Source: Coleofasciculus sp. B1-GNL1-01
GTDB lineage: Bacteria > Cyanobacteriota > Cyanobacteriia > Cyanobacteriales > Coleofasciculaceae
Length of the DNA: 64,000 nucleotides
Assembly (NCBI GenBank): GCA_040220235.1
Contig: JAVJTO010000102.1
Strand: one strand, 5' to 3'
The position numbers and the translations under genes are program-made. The notes beneath the pieces were generated by a model. The model saw only the letters and a list, made by a program, of their open reading frames with translations. It ran no database searches and had not been told where the DNA came from. This document shows, in pieces, positions 32,168 through 41,903 of the stretch. Each line of letters starts with the position of its first letter. Position 1 is the stretch's first letter.

Positions 32168-34444
32168 TTAATCGCTAGCAACTTCAACCTCAATCGCCGC
32201 TTTATCTCCCTTGAGTGCAGGGCGTAATCCGTTGACACCCGCAATGACACTAGAGCCATTGTTAATTAAGGTGGCTGTCATTGGATTTAATCCCACCGTC
32301 GCCGCGATCGCTAAACCCGATAAATTAGGTACAGCGACAATATTGGTATTCTGGCGGATAATCTCTTTAGCATTCCGGGCGATCGCAATGGCTTCGACTA
32401 AACCCTGCAAGTTATTCTGCATCAACACCACATCGGCGGTTTCGCGGGCAATATCAGACCCATCCCTGAAGGATACCGATACATCAGCATAAGCTAACGC
32501 GGCGGAATCATTCAGTCCATCACCAACAAACGCCACCGTTTTCCCCGCTTCATGTAACTGCTGCACCACTTCCGCTTTGCGTTGGGGGAAGGCTTCGGCG
32601 TGGGTATGACTGGGAGGTATATTTAATTGAGCCGCCACAGTCGCTGCCCGTTGACAATTGTCCCCCGTTAGGATATGAATCTCTGCCCCAATTTCGTCCC
32701 GCAACATGGCAATCACTTCGGCACTTTCTGGGCGCAAGGGATCGGTATATTGCAATATACCCAGCAGTCTGCCATTACTTGCCACATAAATTGTTGGATA
32801 TCCGGTTGTCTTCACGTCAGGATGGGCGGTATAGAATGACTCTAGGTCAATTCCCTCTTTCACCAAGAAGCGTTCGCTCCCCACTAACACCGTCTGTCCT
32901 TCAATTTGCGCCTGAATCCCTAAACCGACTTGGTAATCCCACTCACCGCGCTGGGGTATAATCACCTCCTGATAATTGGCGTAACGCATTACCGCTTCTG
33001 CAACCGGGTGGGTAATCCGTTGTTCCGCCGCTGCTGCAAGTCGCAGCACATCTAATTCAGAAATGGCGGGATCAGCGGTTTTAATCCCAATCATTGCCAC
33101 ATCGCCCTGTGTCAATGTCCCCGTCTTATCAAAAACGATCGCATCAACTCGCGCCAATTGCTCTAACGCCCGCCCACTCCGCAGTAGAATCCCCTGACGG
33201 GCTGCACTTAACATCGCCGCCATGACGGTAGTCGGTACCGATACCCGAATCCCAGTAGCAAAGTCAATGGTTAAAATCGACGCCGCCCTCGCCGCATTCC
33301 GAGTTAGAGCAAAAATAGCCCCCCCTAATAATAGAGTGGGCAGTACCATGCGATCGGCAATTTTCGCCGCATAGTTTTCCACACGGGTATCATGAACCGG
33401 GGCATCTTGTAGTAACTTCAAGGTTCGCCCTGCCAGCGTATCCGCACCAATGCGTTCAGCTAGAATATACAGTTGTCCTTCCCGTACCAACGTAGACGCA
33501 TAAACGCTATCGCCCTCACTTCGTACCACGGGCATAGCTTCACCCGTGAGTTTTTGTTCATCAATCAGGGCTTTGCCTTGCAGAATCTGCCCATCCACGG
33601 GAATCTGATTCCCCGGATAGACAATCACGGTATCCTCTGGCTGTACCTGTTCAATCGGAATTTGCTGTTTTTCGCCATTCCGTTCCACCCAAACAACTTG
33701 CGCTAAGGAACTGAGCAAGTCTAAGGTTTGACTGTGAGACGAACGCGCCGTGCGTTCTCGAATTGCCTCACCCAGTTCAATTAGCCCCAACATACTACAG
33801 GAGGTGAGGAAATGACGTTGAGCGGTAATAATCGTAATCGCCGTTAGATCCAGAAAGTCCACATTGAGACGACGTTCATCTTTAATACTTTCCATCGCCC
33901 GTCGAGCCACAGGTATTGTTGCTAGTGCGATCGTCCCGCCCACAATTAAGGGATGGAACGATAACCCCAATGGACCACTAATCAGAGAAATTAGTGTGGC
34001 TAACGTCGGTAATTTTAATCGAGACCAATTTCCGGGTTCCGGTGAGTTCTCTACCTGAGTCGTATTCTCTGGAATCGTTAGCGCTGCATTGGTAGCAAGC
34101 TGAATCAGTTTCCCTAACCGGGAACGCATCTGGCTATCCGGTTCACTGGGTAGATAGCGAATTACCACCGATGCGGCGGCTGGTTTTAACCGCACCGATG
34201 TAACCTGGGGTTCTGCTGCCAAAAGCCTTTGCAGCCGTTGAGCATAGTTAGAATCATGAGCAATGCGCGGAATCCGAAACCGCACTCGTCCAGGTGTGGA
34301 GTGAACCACTCGATAGGTTACCTGAAACTGTCGTGTTTTTGGCTTGGTTCGCTCAATCACAGTTGGCGATTTACGTTCCATGGCGGCTGTCTGTTTCTGG
34401 GAAACATTGCCAGATGTCAAAAGCACTTGCTTCATTTTCACCAC
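32168..34444 (-). CDS. Heavy-metal P1B-type ATPase with N-terminal HMA2 domain and non-canonical membrane metal site (P1B-6/FezB-like)
   Basis: VVHSTPGRVRFRIP; LTGEAMP; DKTGTLT; HP motif (RITHP); TGDN; GDGLND; IDFATGIRVSVP where CPC normally sits; INNGSS in the last helix. Confidence 0.9.
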   Translation of the reverse strand: MVKMKQVLLTSGNVSQKQTAAMERKSPTVIERTKPKTRQFQVTYRVVHSTPGRVRFRIPRIAHDSNYAQRLQRLLAAEPQVTSVRLKPAAASVVIRYLPSEPDSQMRSRLGKLIQLATNAALTIPENTTQVENSPEPGNWSRLKLPTLATLISLISGPLGLSFHPLIVGGTIALATIPVARRAMESIKDERRLNVDFLDLTAITIITAQRHFLTSCSMLGLIELGEAIRERTARSSHSQTLDLLSSLAQVVWVERNGEKQQIPIEQVQPEDTVIVYPGNQIPVDGQILQGKALIDEQKLTGEAMPVVRSEGDSVYASTLVREGQLYILAERIGADTLAGRTLKLLQDAPVHDTRVENYAAKIADRMVLPTLLLGGAIFALTRNAARAASILTIDFATGIRVSVPTTVMAAMLSAARQGILLRSGRALEQLARVDAIVFDKTGTLTQGDVAMIGIKTADPAISELDVLRLAAAAEQRITHPVAEAVMRYANYQEVIIPQRGEWDYQVGLGIQAQIEGQTVLVGSERFLVKEGIDLESFYTAHPDVKTTGYPTIYVASNGRLLGILQYTDPLRPESAEVIAMLRDEIGAEIHILTGDNCQRAATVAAQLNIPPSHTHAEAFPQRKAEVVQQLHEAGKTVAFVGDGLNDSAALAYADVSVSFRDGSDIARETADVVLMQNNLQGLVEAIAIARNAKEIIRQNTNIVAVPNLSGLAIAATVGLNPMTATLINNGSSVIAGVNGLRPALKGDKAAIEVEVASD

Positions 34445-34545
34445 CCTCTCTTTCTGTCAATACAATTTATTTCGGTGAGCAATATCGGGAGCGATCGCTG
34501 TCGTCATCAAAGTTAAGACTCACCCTTCCTGAACTCAAACTGGGA

Positions 34546-35868
34546 TTAAACGCCTACGATGGGCATTTTTGCCATCAATCCGAGAAGGGTGGAAAGCGCT
34601 GCTGACTTAAATTCCAACCAAGGACTCACTGAGGTTGCGATCGCGGCTTGAGCGTTTTCCAGGGGTTCTGGTTTATCAGCCACAGAATCATCGGTGTTGG
34701 TTGGTTGTACATCCTGATCAACAGAACTCTCCCCAGCCTCCTCACTCCCCTGATCCTCTTCTTCTACCTGCACCGGAGGAGTCAACGAATTCGCCTCGGC
34801 TGAACTTGTCTCCGGTGGCGACAAATCCGGCTCGGCCATCTCCTCAGCTTCCCCACGCCTGGGTTCCTCTGGAAGGACAGGTTGAGTCAAGTTATCCGTT
34901 TTCTCTTCAACGTTATCGGTATAACCCGCTCCGACAACTGGGTTCTCAGATGTGTCATGACTCGTCTCTACATACTCCGCTCCTCTGCTCCTCCACTCCC
35001 CGGCTCCTCTGCTCCCCGGCTCCCTGGAGTCAGGATCAGCAGCGATTTGAATCAGACTAATGAAATGTAACCCAGCTTCTGCTTCGGAAACCTGCATCGG
35101 GTTGTAGGTGATCACCACCGATGCGACGGTGCTGTTGCAGCGCATCTGAGTAATCCAGTCATCTTTTTTAACTAAGGCTTGCAATCGGCGCAGATAGGCT
35201 GAATCTTCGGTAACTTTAGGAACACGAAAACGCATCCGTCCAGGAACTGTATGAACTAAGCCATAGACAACCGCTGAATCGGTATTGAATGCGACTGTTG
35301 GCGGCTTATTATTTTGCTCATAAGGTGTAGCATTTGCAATAACCTTTCCGTCTAAATTGACATTATTTTCGTCCGCCTTGTCACCTTCCTTCTGTCCTGT
35401 GTCTTCTAACCAATCCAAATTCTGCATAATCTGGCGAACGACATTCGCTGTCAGTAAATAGACCAGAATTGACCGCCATCCTTGCAGTCCTAGTTGCCTT
35501 GTGGTTAATAGTCCAAGTAATAAGGGAATAAAGGATATAAGCTGAGTCCCTGATTTTTTCCAAGCCTCTGCGTCTAACGGTTCTTGACTTTGAGGCTGTT
35601 CAATTTCGCCAAGTCCTAAATTCCCCAGAATTTGAAATAGTTGAGCTAGAGATAACTGATTCGTATCAAAGGTAATGAGTAAACTTCCAATTTGCTCATT
35701 GGTTCGTATCTCTCGCACGCCGACCCGCTTTCGCAGCAGGGGCGTAACCGCTCTCAATACGGTTCCGGGTTCCTCTCCTAAGACTCGGAGTCTTAGACGA
35801 CCTGGAACAACATGTAAAATTTCGACCTCCCGCTCTGGGCGAGGTGAAACCACACCAACCATTGGCAT
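34546..35868 (-). CDS. Double HMA2-domain membrane protein with acidic low-complexity tail
   Basis: Two Arg-rich motifs (LHVVPGRLRLRV, VHTVPGRMRFRVP) separated by hydrophobic segments; tail contains translated repeat elements. Confidence 0.72.
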   Translation of the reverse strand: MPMVGVVSPRPEREVEILHVVPGRLRLRVLGEEPGTVLRAVTPLLRKRVGVREIRTNEQIGSLLITFDTNQLSLAQLFQILGNLGLGEIEQPQSQEPLDAEAWKKSGTQLISFIPLLLGLLTTRQLGLQGWRSILVYLLTANVVRQIMQNLDWLEDTGQKEGDKADENNVNLDGKVIANATPYEQNNKPPTVAFNTDSAVVYGLVHTVPGRMRFRVPKVTEDSAYLRRLQALVKKDDWITQMRCNSTVASVVITYNPMQVSEAEAGLHFISLIQIAADPDSREPGSRGAGEWRSRGAEYVETSHDTSENPVVGAGYTDNVEEKTDNLTQPVLPEEPRRGEAEEMAEPDLSPPETSSAEANSLTPPVQVEEEDQGSEEAGESSVDQDVQPTNTDDSVADKPEPLENAQAAIATSVSPWLEFKSAALSTLLGLMAKMPIVGV

Positions 35869-36655
35869 TGACCCTCGTAACAGTAGTGTGGAGTTTCTCT
35901 GGTTAAGAACAGGTTAACCTCCATATCTAAGCATACACCCTATCTGTAATTTTTTATCTGAAAAAAATATTATGAATCTGAGAGCGTCTCTTAACCTAAT
36001 CTTATACTCTATGTATAGAGGAATACATCTATTGGATGATCCCTTGAGATTTTAGAAGATAGAAGCTTAGCTAATTCGCCATACTGCTCGGATCAGCTCT
36101 CGTTGAATGTTTTCTAGACATTCAAACGTCTTTACAAGATCCCCCTGCTTCCCTTAACCAAACAGTAGTGGGCTGATACGTAAGTTGAGTATTAACTGAT
36201 TATTTGTAGTCTGGGATACATTATCTATCGAACTGTTCCCCGTTCCCTACCCTCACCACCACACTGATTCGGGGTGTGGGGAATAGCAGCCAAGGGATAA
36301 AGGGGGTGATCAAGGCGGATTGGATAACAAACTGGATAGTACAGCAGCATTTAGGCGTCAAGACATTACTGGCATTGGGATGCCCATAAGTTAGATAGTG
36401 TCTTGACCAAAACTTCATAAACTTCTGACAATTTCTTTATGGAAACTTTACAACAAGCAAGACAAAAGTTTATAAAATAAAGTTAAATTAAATTTAACTC
36501 TGTCTAAAAAATATTGTATTCAGATTGTTTTCAGAAAGAGGGTTGACAAGATTTAATTTCCGCAAGAATTAATAGATAGGAGAGAAATTGCCTTCTTAGC
36601 AAAGATATCCAAGACAAGAGATAACCCAATATCAAACAATCGCATTTGGAGCAAG

Positions 36656-37417
36656 TTGATGAATTACATTTTTGGCACAGTTGGTGATGATTGGCTAGAA
36701 GGCACATCCAGTGATGATGTCATTTATGGAGGAGAAGGAACCAATAGGATTATAGCCAGATATGGCAATAATGAAATTTATGGCGGTTCGGCTGCTGATT
36801 GGATTACCTCTGGAGATGGCGATGACACGATTTATGCCAACGAAGGGGAAAATATAATTGATGCTGGAGGCGGCGATAACCTGATTTATGGCGGTTCAGC
36901 TGCTGATTGGATTACCTCTGGAGATGGAAATGACACGATTTATGCCAACGAAGGGGAAAATATAATTGATGCTGGAGGTGGCGATAATCTAATTTATGGC
37001 GGTTCGGCTGCTGATACAATTACCACGGGATCGGGTGATGATATTATTTACGCGGGTGAAGGGGTAAACACGATTAATACAGGAGATGGAAATGATATTA
37101 TTTACAGTGGTTCAGGTGATGATGTAATTAATGCAGGTAGAGGTCAAAATCAAATCTGGCTGGGCGGTGGACAGGATACCATTAGCTTAGAAATGTGGGG
37201 ATCTAGTGAGATTAATAACTTTAACCCCTATCAAGACCAAATTGACTTTGGACTCTCCGATCTACGCGGCGTAGTTTTGATCGGACAAGGCAATGACACA
37301 ATGATCGGTTTAGGTAATTATGCGATTATGGCAACGTTGCATAATGTTGATGTTCAGACTGTAGCGGCTCATTCCACTGATATTTTTGGCGCAGAACTTA
37401 CTGTGTTTTCCAGTTAA
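36656..37417 (+). CDS. RTX/hemolysin-type Ca2+-binding repeat protein
   Basis: Many Gly/Asp-rich nonapeptides (GDGDDTIYA, GGGDNLIYG); internal 108-bp (36-aa) direct repeats starting 36776, 36884 and 36992. Confidence 0.85.
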   Translation: MMNYIFGTVGDDWLEGTSSDDVIYGGEGTNRIIARYGNNEIYGGSAADWITSGDGDDTIYANEGENIIDAGGGDNLIYGGSAADWITSGDGNDTIYANEGENIIDAGGGDNLIYGGSAADTITTGSGDDIIYAGEGVNTINTGDGNDIIYSGSGDDVINAGRGQNQIWLGGGQDTISLEMWGSSEINNFNPYQDQIDFGLSDLRGVVLIGQGNDTMIGLGNYAIMATLHNVDVQTVAAHSTDIFGAELTVFSS

Positions 37418-37893
37418 GCCTGTCCAGCGATCATCGGTCATCATACCAAATCCGGGTTCCGGGTTGACGACCTCCTTTTATGCCAACCTTGTAGAGACGT
37501 TGCGTGCAACGTCTCTATAGGTATATTTTGATACCTACAAAAATTAGGATATGAATCGGACATCTCGCGATCGCGCCCAATGACGCTAAGTGGCACTCAA
37601 GAAACCCAAGCGTGAGAGATCGCTGGGTGGAAGTAGGTTGCATGTACACTCTTCATTAAGATTAGCGCATTAGGCTTCTAAATAAACCGTTGCCGCTTAA
37701 ATTTACCTTTTTTAATATACTAAAGCTAATAAATTTACCAAAGCTTAATTCTACAATTAAAAATTAATTAATTGACTGATAAACTGAAGATTATCAGCAA
37801 TTTTCATGATAAGGCTAGACAAAATGTAAACGAAATGTTATAAATATTAACTAAGCGCAATACATAGGATAGTAAATACTCAATATTCACGGG

Positions 37894-38337
37894 GTGTTGT
37901 CTGAAGCACGAGGATTGTCCTTTACCTATAGACTTCCAATGAATCAAAATTACTCAACCGTTTCCCTTGCTGCCCCTGCTGCTTCCCAACCCTTAGCCAA
38001 AGTTACTGCTAAGTCAGGTTCAGATAACTCCCTCTGTTATGAGTTTCAAGTGCATGGAGTTGGCAGAGGTACATTTAGCTGCTCTGGTCATTTCCTGAAT
38101 GGGAATAATACGGAGTCCGTACTTTTAGAGTCTTTAGTCTGGAATGGAAACGTCATCAAATTAAATAATTTCCAAGAACATAGCCTATGCTTTGAGCAAG
38201 GAAAATTATTGGGACTGAATCTTTTAGGTGAAGGTTGGGAAATTCTGTTGAATCTAGGCATTCAGATCAATAGTGTTCACCGGATTACAGAAGTCACCTA
38301 TACACTGATCAACCCATCTGCATCGGTTCATAGATAA
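37894..38337 (+). CDS. Hypothetical protein
   Basis: 147-aa ORF after an AT-rich promoter-like region; no recognisable motif; start may be ATG 37939. Confidence 0.5.
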   Translation: MLSEARGLSFTYRLPMNQNYSTVSLAAPAASQPLAKVTAKSGSDNSLCYEFQVHGVGRGTFSCSGHFLNGNNTESVLLESLVWNGNVIKLNNFQEHSLCFEQGKLLGLNLLGEGWEILLNLGIQINSVHRITEVTYTLINPSASVHR

Positions 38338-38629
38338 CACCAATCGAGGTAGGGGTACATAGCGTGCCATTGGTCAAAAATCTGCCATACCTTGAATGAA
38401 CCCCTCCCTAGCCCTCCCCTTGTCAAGGGGAGGGAACTTGCATAGCCTGACGCTTCAAAGGTGAGCGTTTTTGTGGTATGTGTTGATAAAATAGAAATTA
38501 CATCCCACTTAGCCGTTGCCAACCTCTACTGGTATTTCCAAGTCAGAGATGAATCAGAAGAAGAGACAGAATAAAGTGTCAAAAATACGTGATATTTTTC
38601 ATTTGTCATTAACCCTTGATTTGCTACAT

Positions 38630-39310
38630 TTATTCTGAAGCATTCGCTAACTCAAATAGACGTTTTAACCATTCAACAAACTTGTTCGCGATTTCAGCAT
38701 TATAACTCAGTACCTGTGCAGTAATAGCTTGTCCCATGGGCATTCCTGGCGTTTCTTGCCAAGCTAACCAGGTATGAATTAAGGCTTTGGGATGATGAAT
38801 TGGCGTGTAACGATTCAATTTCAACTGTTCAATTTCTTGCACAATCGCCTCGGCTTTTGGACGCAAACTATCATTAGAAGGAATTAGATGGGCAACAAAA
38901 TCTTCCAACATTCCAGGAAGTTGATTATCAGGCATTAACCAAACGCCTATTTTGGGTTTGTCTGGTTGTGTATACATCCAGCCATCTGGAGGAGGTACTG
39001 TCGGAATCGTCTGATATCCACTCTCCATGAGTCGATTTCGTATAGCTTGCCATCGTGCCAGTAAATCTTGATCAGCATCAACGACAATTCCTAATGTTTG
39101 TAATTTGGGTTGTTTGATTCTCAATTTTAAACTCTCTAAAATTGCGTCAATCCCTCCTCTATCGATTTCTTTCCCCGGTACTTCTACAGAAAAGGTTTCT
39201 GGTAGGTTATATTGTTCACATAAAGCCCAAATCACATGTTGGTCATTCTTCCCTTCAACCAACAATAACTGCTGAGGTTTGGGTAAAGGAGGTTTTCGTG
39301 CTTTTGGCAT
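38630..39310 (-). CDS. DUF3226-like protein (TOPRIM-like nuclease partner of an ABC ATPase)
   Basis: LLLVEGKND and GIVVDAD acidic motifs, GVWLMPDN, GMLEDF, KALIHTWLAWQ; 1-bp overlap with the ATPase gene. Confidence 0.75.
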   Translation of the reverse strand: MPKARKPPLPKPQQLLLVEGKNDQHVIWALCEQYNLPETFSVEVPGKEIDRGGIDAILESLKLRIKQPKLQTLGIVVDADQDLLARWQAIRNRLMESGYQTIPTVPPPDGWMYTQPDKPKIGVWLMPDNQLPGMLEDFVAHLIPSNDSLRPKAEAIVQEIEQLKLNRYTPIHHPKALIHTWLAWQETPGMPMGQAITAQVLSYNAEIANKFVEWLKRLFELANASE

Positions 39311-40416
39311 TAACGCACCTCAATACTTTGGCGTACAGCGACGGATAGTTCATCAGCCGGATATTCAACCGGACGTATATCTTCACCCTTACGACTCAAT
39401 CGAAATAATTTGCTCACTGATGGATCATCGAATTCATCCACGGCTTCTTGAAACGCACAAATGCAGTCCCAACTATGAGTTGTCGCAAAAACTTGTATGT
39501 TTAATTCATTGGCTACTTCTAGTATAAATCTCCACATATCAGTCTGGACTTCATAATATAGACCTGTTTCAATTTCGTCTATCAGCAAGACACCATTCTC
39601 AACTGTCACGGCTGCCATGGCTAAGTTTAAAATGCGTCGCATTCCTTCGCCCATGCTACTGAGAGGAATTGGGTATTCTTTATGACGCCTCAACAGAATA
39701 CCACTATTGAAGTTTGGCTTGCTTGTAAAACTAATTCGTTCTATATTTTTATCTAATATTTTCAAAGCGTCTATTACCTGATCTTCTTTTGGTGTAAGAG
39801 TAATATCATTCCATATAGCAGATATATCCAGGTTGCTTAAATTATTACTTGGAACAAACCAACTTTTATTCAAGAATTTGTATTCGGGCTTTGATGAACC
39901 AGAATATTGATTGGAAAATCCAGGGAATGTCAGCCATCTAGCTTCTATTGAATCATCAGAATATACAGGAACATGATAGGTTTCTTCTTGTGAGTTTAAT
40001 CGAATAACCAATTCAAAGGGAGTTATAATTTGAGTTTGACTGCGAAGTTGAGGTGTCTCTAGTTTTTGTCTAATAATTTCAACTTGTAAATTCTGATCTT
40101 GGGTTGAACTAAAACTGATTGTTGAATTTAAGCTCGGTGCATGACCATAAAATAGATGGCTAATTTGATAGTGAAACTGAGGGTGGGGGGGTTCACCGGG
40201 CAGGCTAAAGCTGGAGCGTTCAACCAGTTCACCTCGGTTATGGAGTAAATAGGCTAAACGTTGAGGATTGCCTGGATTAACGAATAGATACACAGCTTCC
40301 AATAATGTGGTTTTTCCACAATTATTCATACCCACGAGTAAATTGACTCGCGCTAACCCATCGATATGAAAGTTCTTGAAGCAGCGATAGTTTTGTATAG
40401 TGAGATCACGTAACAT
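39310..40416 (-). CDS. ABC/SMC-like ATPase (AAA_15/AAA_21 type)
   Basis: IQNYRCF, Walker A GMNNCGKTTLLE, signature SMGEG, Walker B LLIDEIETGL, ATTHS. Confidence 0.88.
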   Translation of the reverse strand: MLRDLTIQNYRCFKNFHIDGLARVNLLVGMNNCGKTTLLEAVYLFVNPGNPQRLAYLLHNRGELVERSSFSLPGEPPHPQFHYQISHLFYGHAPSLNSTISFSSTQDQNLQVEIIRQKLETPQLRSQTQIITPFELVIRLNSQEETYHVPVYSDDSIEARWLTFPGFSNQYSGSSKPEYKFLNKSWFVPSNNLSNLDISAIWNDITLTPKEDQVIDALKILDKNIERISFTSKPNFNSGILLRRHKEYPIPLSSMGEGMRRILNLAMAAVTVENGVLLIDEIETGLYYEVQTDMWRFILEVANELNIQVFATTHSWDCICAFQEAVDEFDDPSVSKLFRLSRKGEDIRPVEYPADELSVAVRQSIEVR

Positions 40417-40609
40417 AAACTTTTAGCTAAAGGAGCAGTGATTATCTCTTATCTTAGAGGCTAATCGTCACTGTGGTCATAGCTGGGTGATAATCAGCGA
40501 TCGCACGTTGATCGGTCATCGTCTATTGTTCTAGCTGGTAGGCTTGTCCCATTGGCATTCCTGGCGTTTCTTGCCAAGCTAACCGCGTAATTAAAACACA
40601 CGTTATTAA

Positions 40610-40906
40610 CTACTTACGATTTCTCCAATACTGGGGTCTGCGCTTGTGATGCGCTAATGCCAAAATCCGAATTTGGTTGTTTTCAAGGAGGCGATAGAGT
40701 AGAAAGTAAGGAAATTTGGGCAGGATGAGACGACGAATAGAACCTCGAACCCTTGAACCCGCTTCTGGATAAATTCTGAGGAGATTAACTGTATTTTCGA
40801 CGTCTTCTAAATACTCCAAGCCAAGTCCTGCTTGTTGCGCTTCGTAATAGGCTATGGCATCGGTTAACTCCTGACTTGCCAGTGGATGAAATATAACCGT
40901 TTTCAT
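40610..40906 (-). CDS. RelE/ParE family type II toxin
   Basis: FHPLASQELTDAIAYYE...FPYFLLYR...IRILALAHHKRRP; ATGA overlap with the upstream antitoxin. Confidence 0.88.
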   Translation of the reverse strand: MKTVIFHPLASQELTDAIAYYEAQQAGLGLEYLEDVENTVNLLRIYPEAGSRVRGSIRRLILPKFPYFLLYRLLENNQIRILALAHHKRRPQYWRNRK

Positions 40907-41133
40907 TGCCAGGACGCACGAATCTGTTGAAACACGTCCTCAGCCGGAATACCAGTGACTTGACCATCGTCTATTTCGCGATCGCGTGCTTCAGCTTCTT
41001 GAGTCCAAACACGTTCAACATCCTGGTCAATTTCACTGAGTTGACTCAAATGTTCCAGAAGTCGCGCCAGCAATGCAACTAGAGAGTCTTTAGGCAGAGC
41101 GAGGACTTCAGCTTCAAGCTGTTTGAGGGTCAT
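40903..41133 (-). CDS. Addiction-module antitoxin
   Basis: EVLALP...W.QEAEARDREI..G.V..IPAEDV pattern; directly upstream of the ParE-like toxin. Confidence 0.85.
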   Translation of the reverse strand: MTLKQLEAEVLALPKDSLVALLARLLEHLSQLSEIDQDVERVWTQEAEARDREIDDGQVTGIPAEDVFQQIRASWQ

Positions 41134-41182
41134 AGGAGTTTTAGCTCAAGATGGGCAACTATCCTTATCATAATCATATCTT

Positions 41183-41443
41183 GCGATCGCACGTTGATCG
41201 GTTATCGTCTTGTTCTCCTGAGTTAAGCCAGATTCAGTTGTCAAAAGTGACGCCACCAATATTGTTCGCTTCTGGTAGGCTTGACGCAGGTGTTCCAAGG
41301 CGGCTGTTGATAGTAATCCTTTTACCAGAGCAACAAATTGTCCCCACGCTAGCAATTGGGATTCACTCTTGGCTTGGTTGAACTGGTATCTATAGAATTT
41401 TGATGTGATGATTGAGGACTTGGTTGAAATTTTGGAAGAGTAG
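41183..41443. pseudogene. Internally deleted copy of the orphan/XRE module
   Basis: 41183-41398 matches 42211-42425 (orphan 3' end and downstream DNA); 41399-41443 matches 43050-43094 (XRE 3' end); the ~624 bp between are missing. Confidence 0.88.
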
Positions 41444-41555
41444 AGACAAGCGTAATCATCTCGTTGGCTGGGAGGAACGGATAACCGCGAGATATACCGT
41501 AGGGTGGGCAATGCCCACCAACCAAAATTTCAGTACCATTCCCATTAAAACTCAA

Positions 41556-41903
41556 TTACAAGAGTTGAAAGGCTTGAAGCATAAGTGAGTTCAATTGCTG
41601 AATTTGATTGACGCCTAACTTACCGATACGTCGTGTAATCAACCGACGTTCAAGAGTAACAATTCTTGTCACCCTCACTTTAGAAGTAACCTTTAGTCCA
41701 GTATTGGAAAATTCGGGATCTGAAGTATCTAGAACAAATTCATCTGGACTGAGACGGGTTAGATTTTGAGATGAAATAAAACAGAGGGTTATGTCATCAC
41801 CTGTAGAATCTACCCATAAAACTACAGCCGGACGCAGTTTTGTTGTACTCAAATCTGTGAAAGGGAAGGGAACTAAAACAATATCTCCTTTTTTGACAGA
41901 CAT
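41556..41903 (-). CDS. PemK/MazF family type II toxin
   Basis: KGDIVLVPFPFTDLSTTKLRPAVV...TGLKVTSKVR...RRIGKL. Confidence 0.9.
   Translation of the reverse strand: MSVKKGDIVLVPFPFTDLSTTKLRPAVVLWVDSTGDDITLCFISSQNLTRLSPDEFVLDTSDPEFSNTGLKVTSKVRVTRIVTLERRLITRRIGKLGVNQIQQLNSLMLQAFQLL

Noticed and set aside
36190..36420. 65-aa ORF upstream of the RTX gene
   Set aside because: No recognisable motif in the frames I read and no RBS; unsupported.
41146..41511. 121-aa ORF as a real gene
   Set aside because: Chimera of antisense XRE tail and orphan 3' fragment created by deletion.
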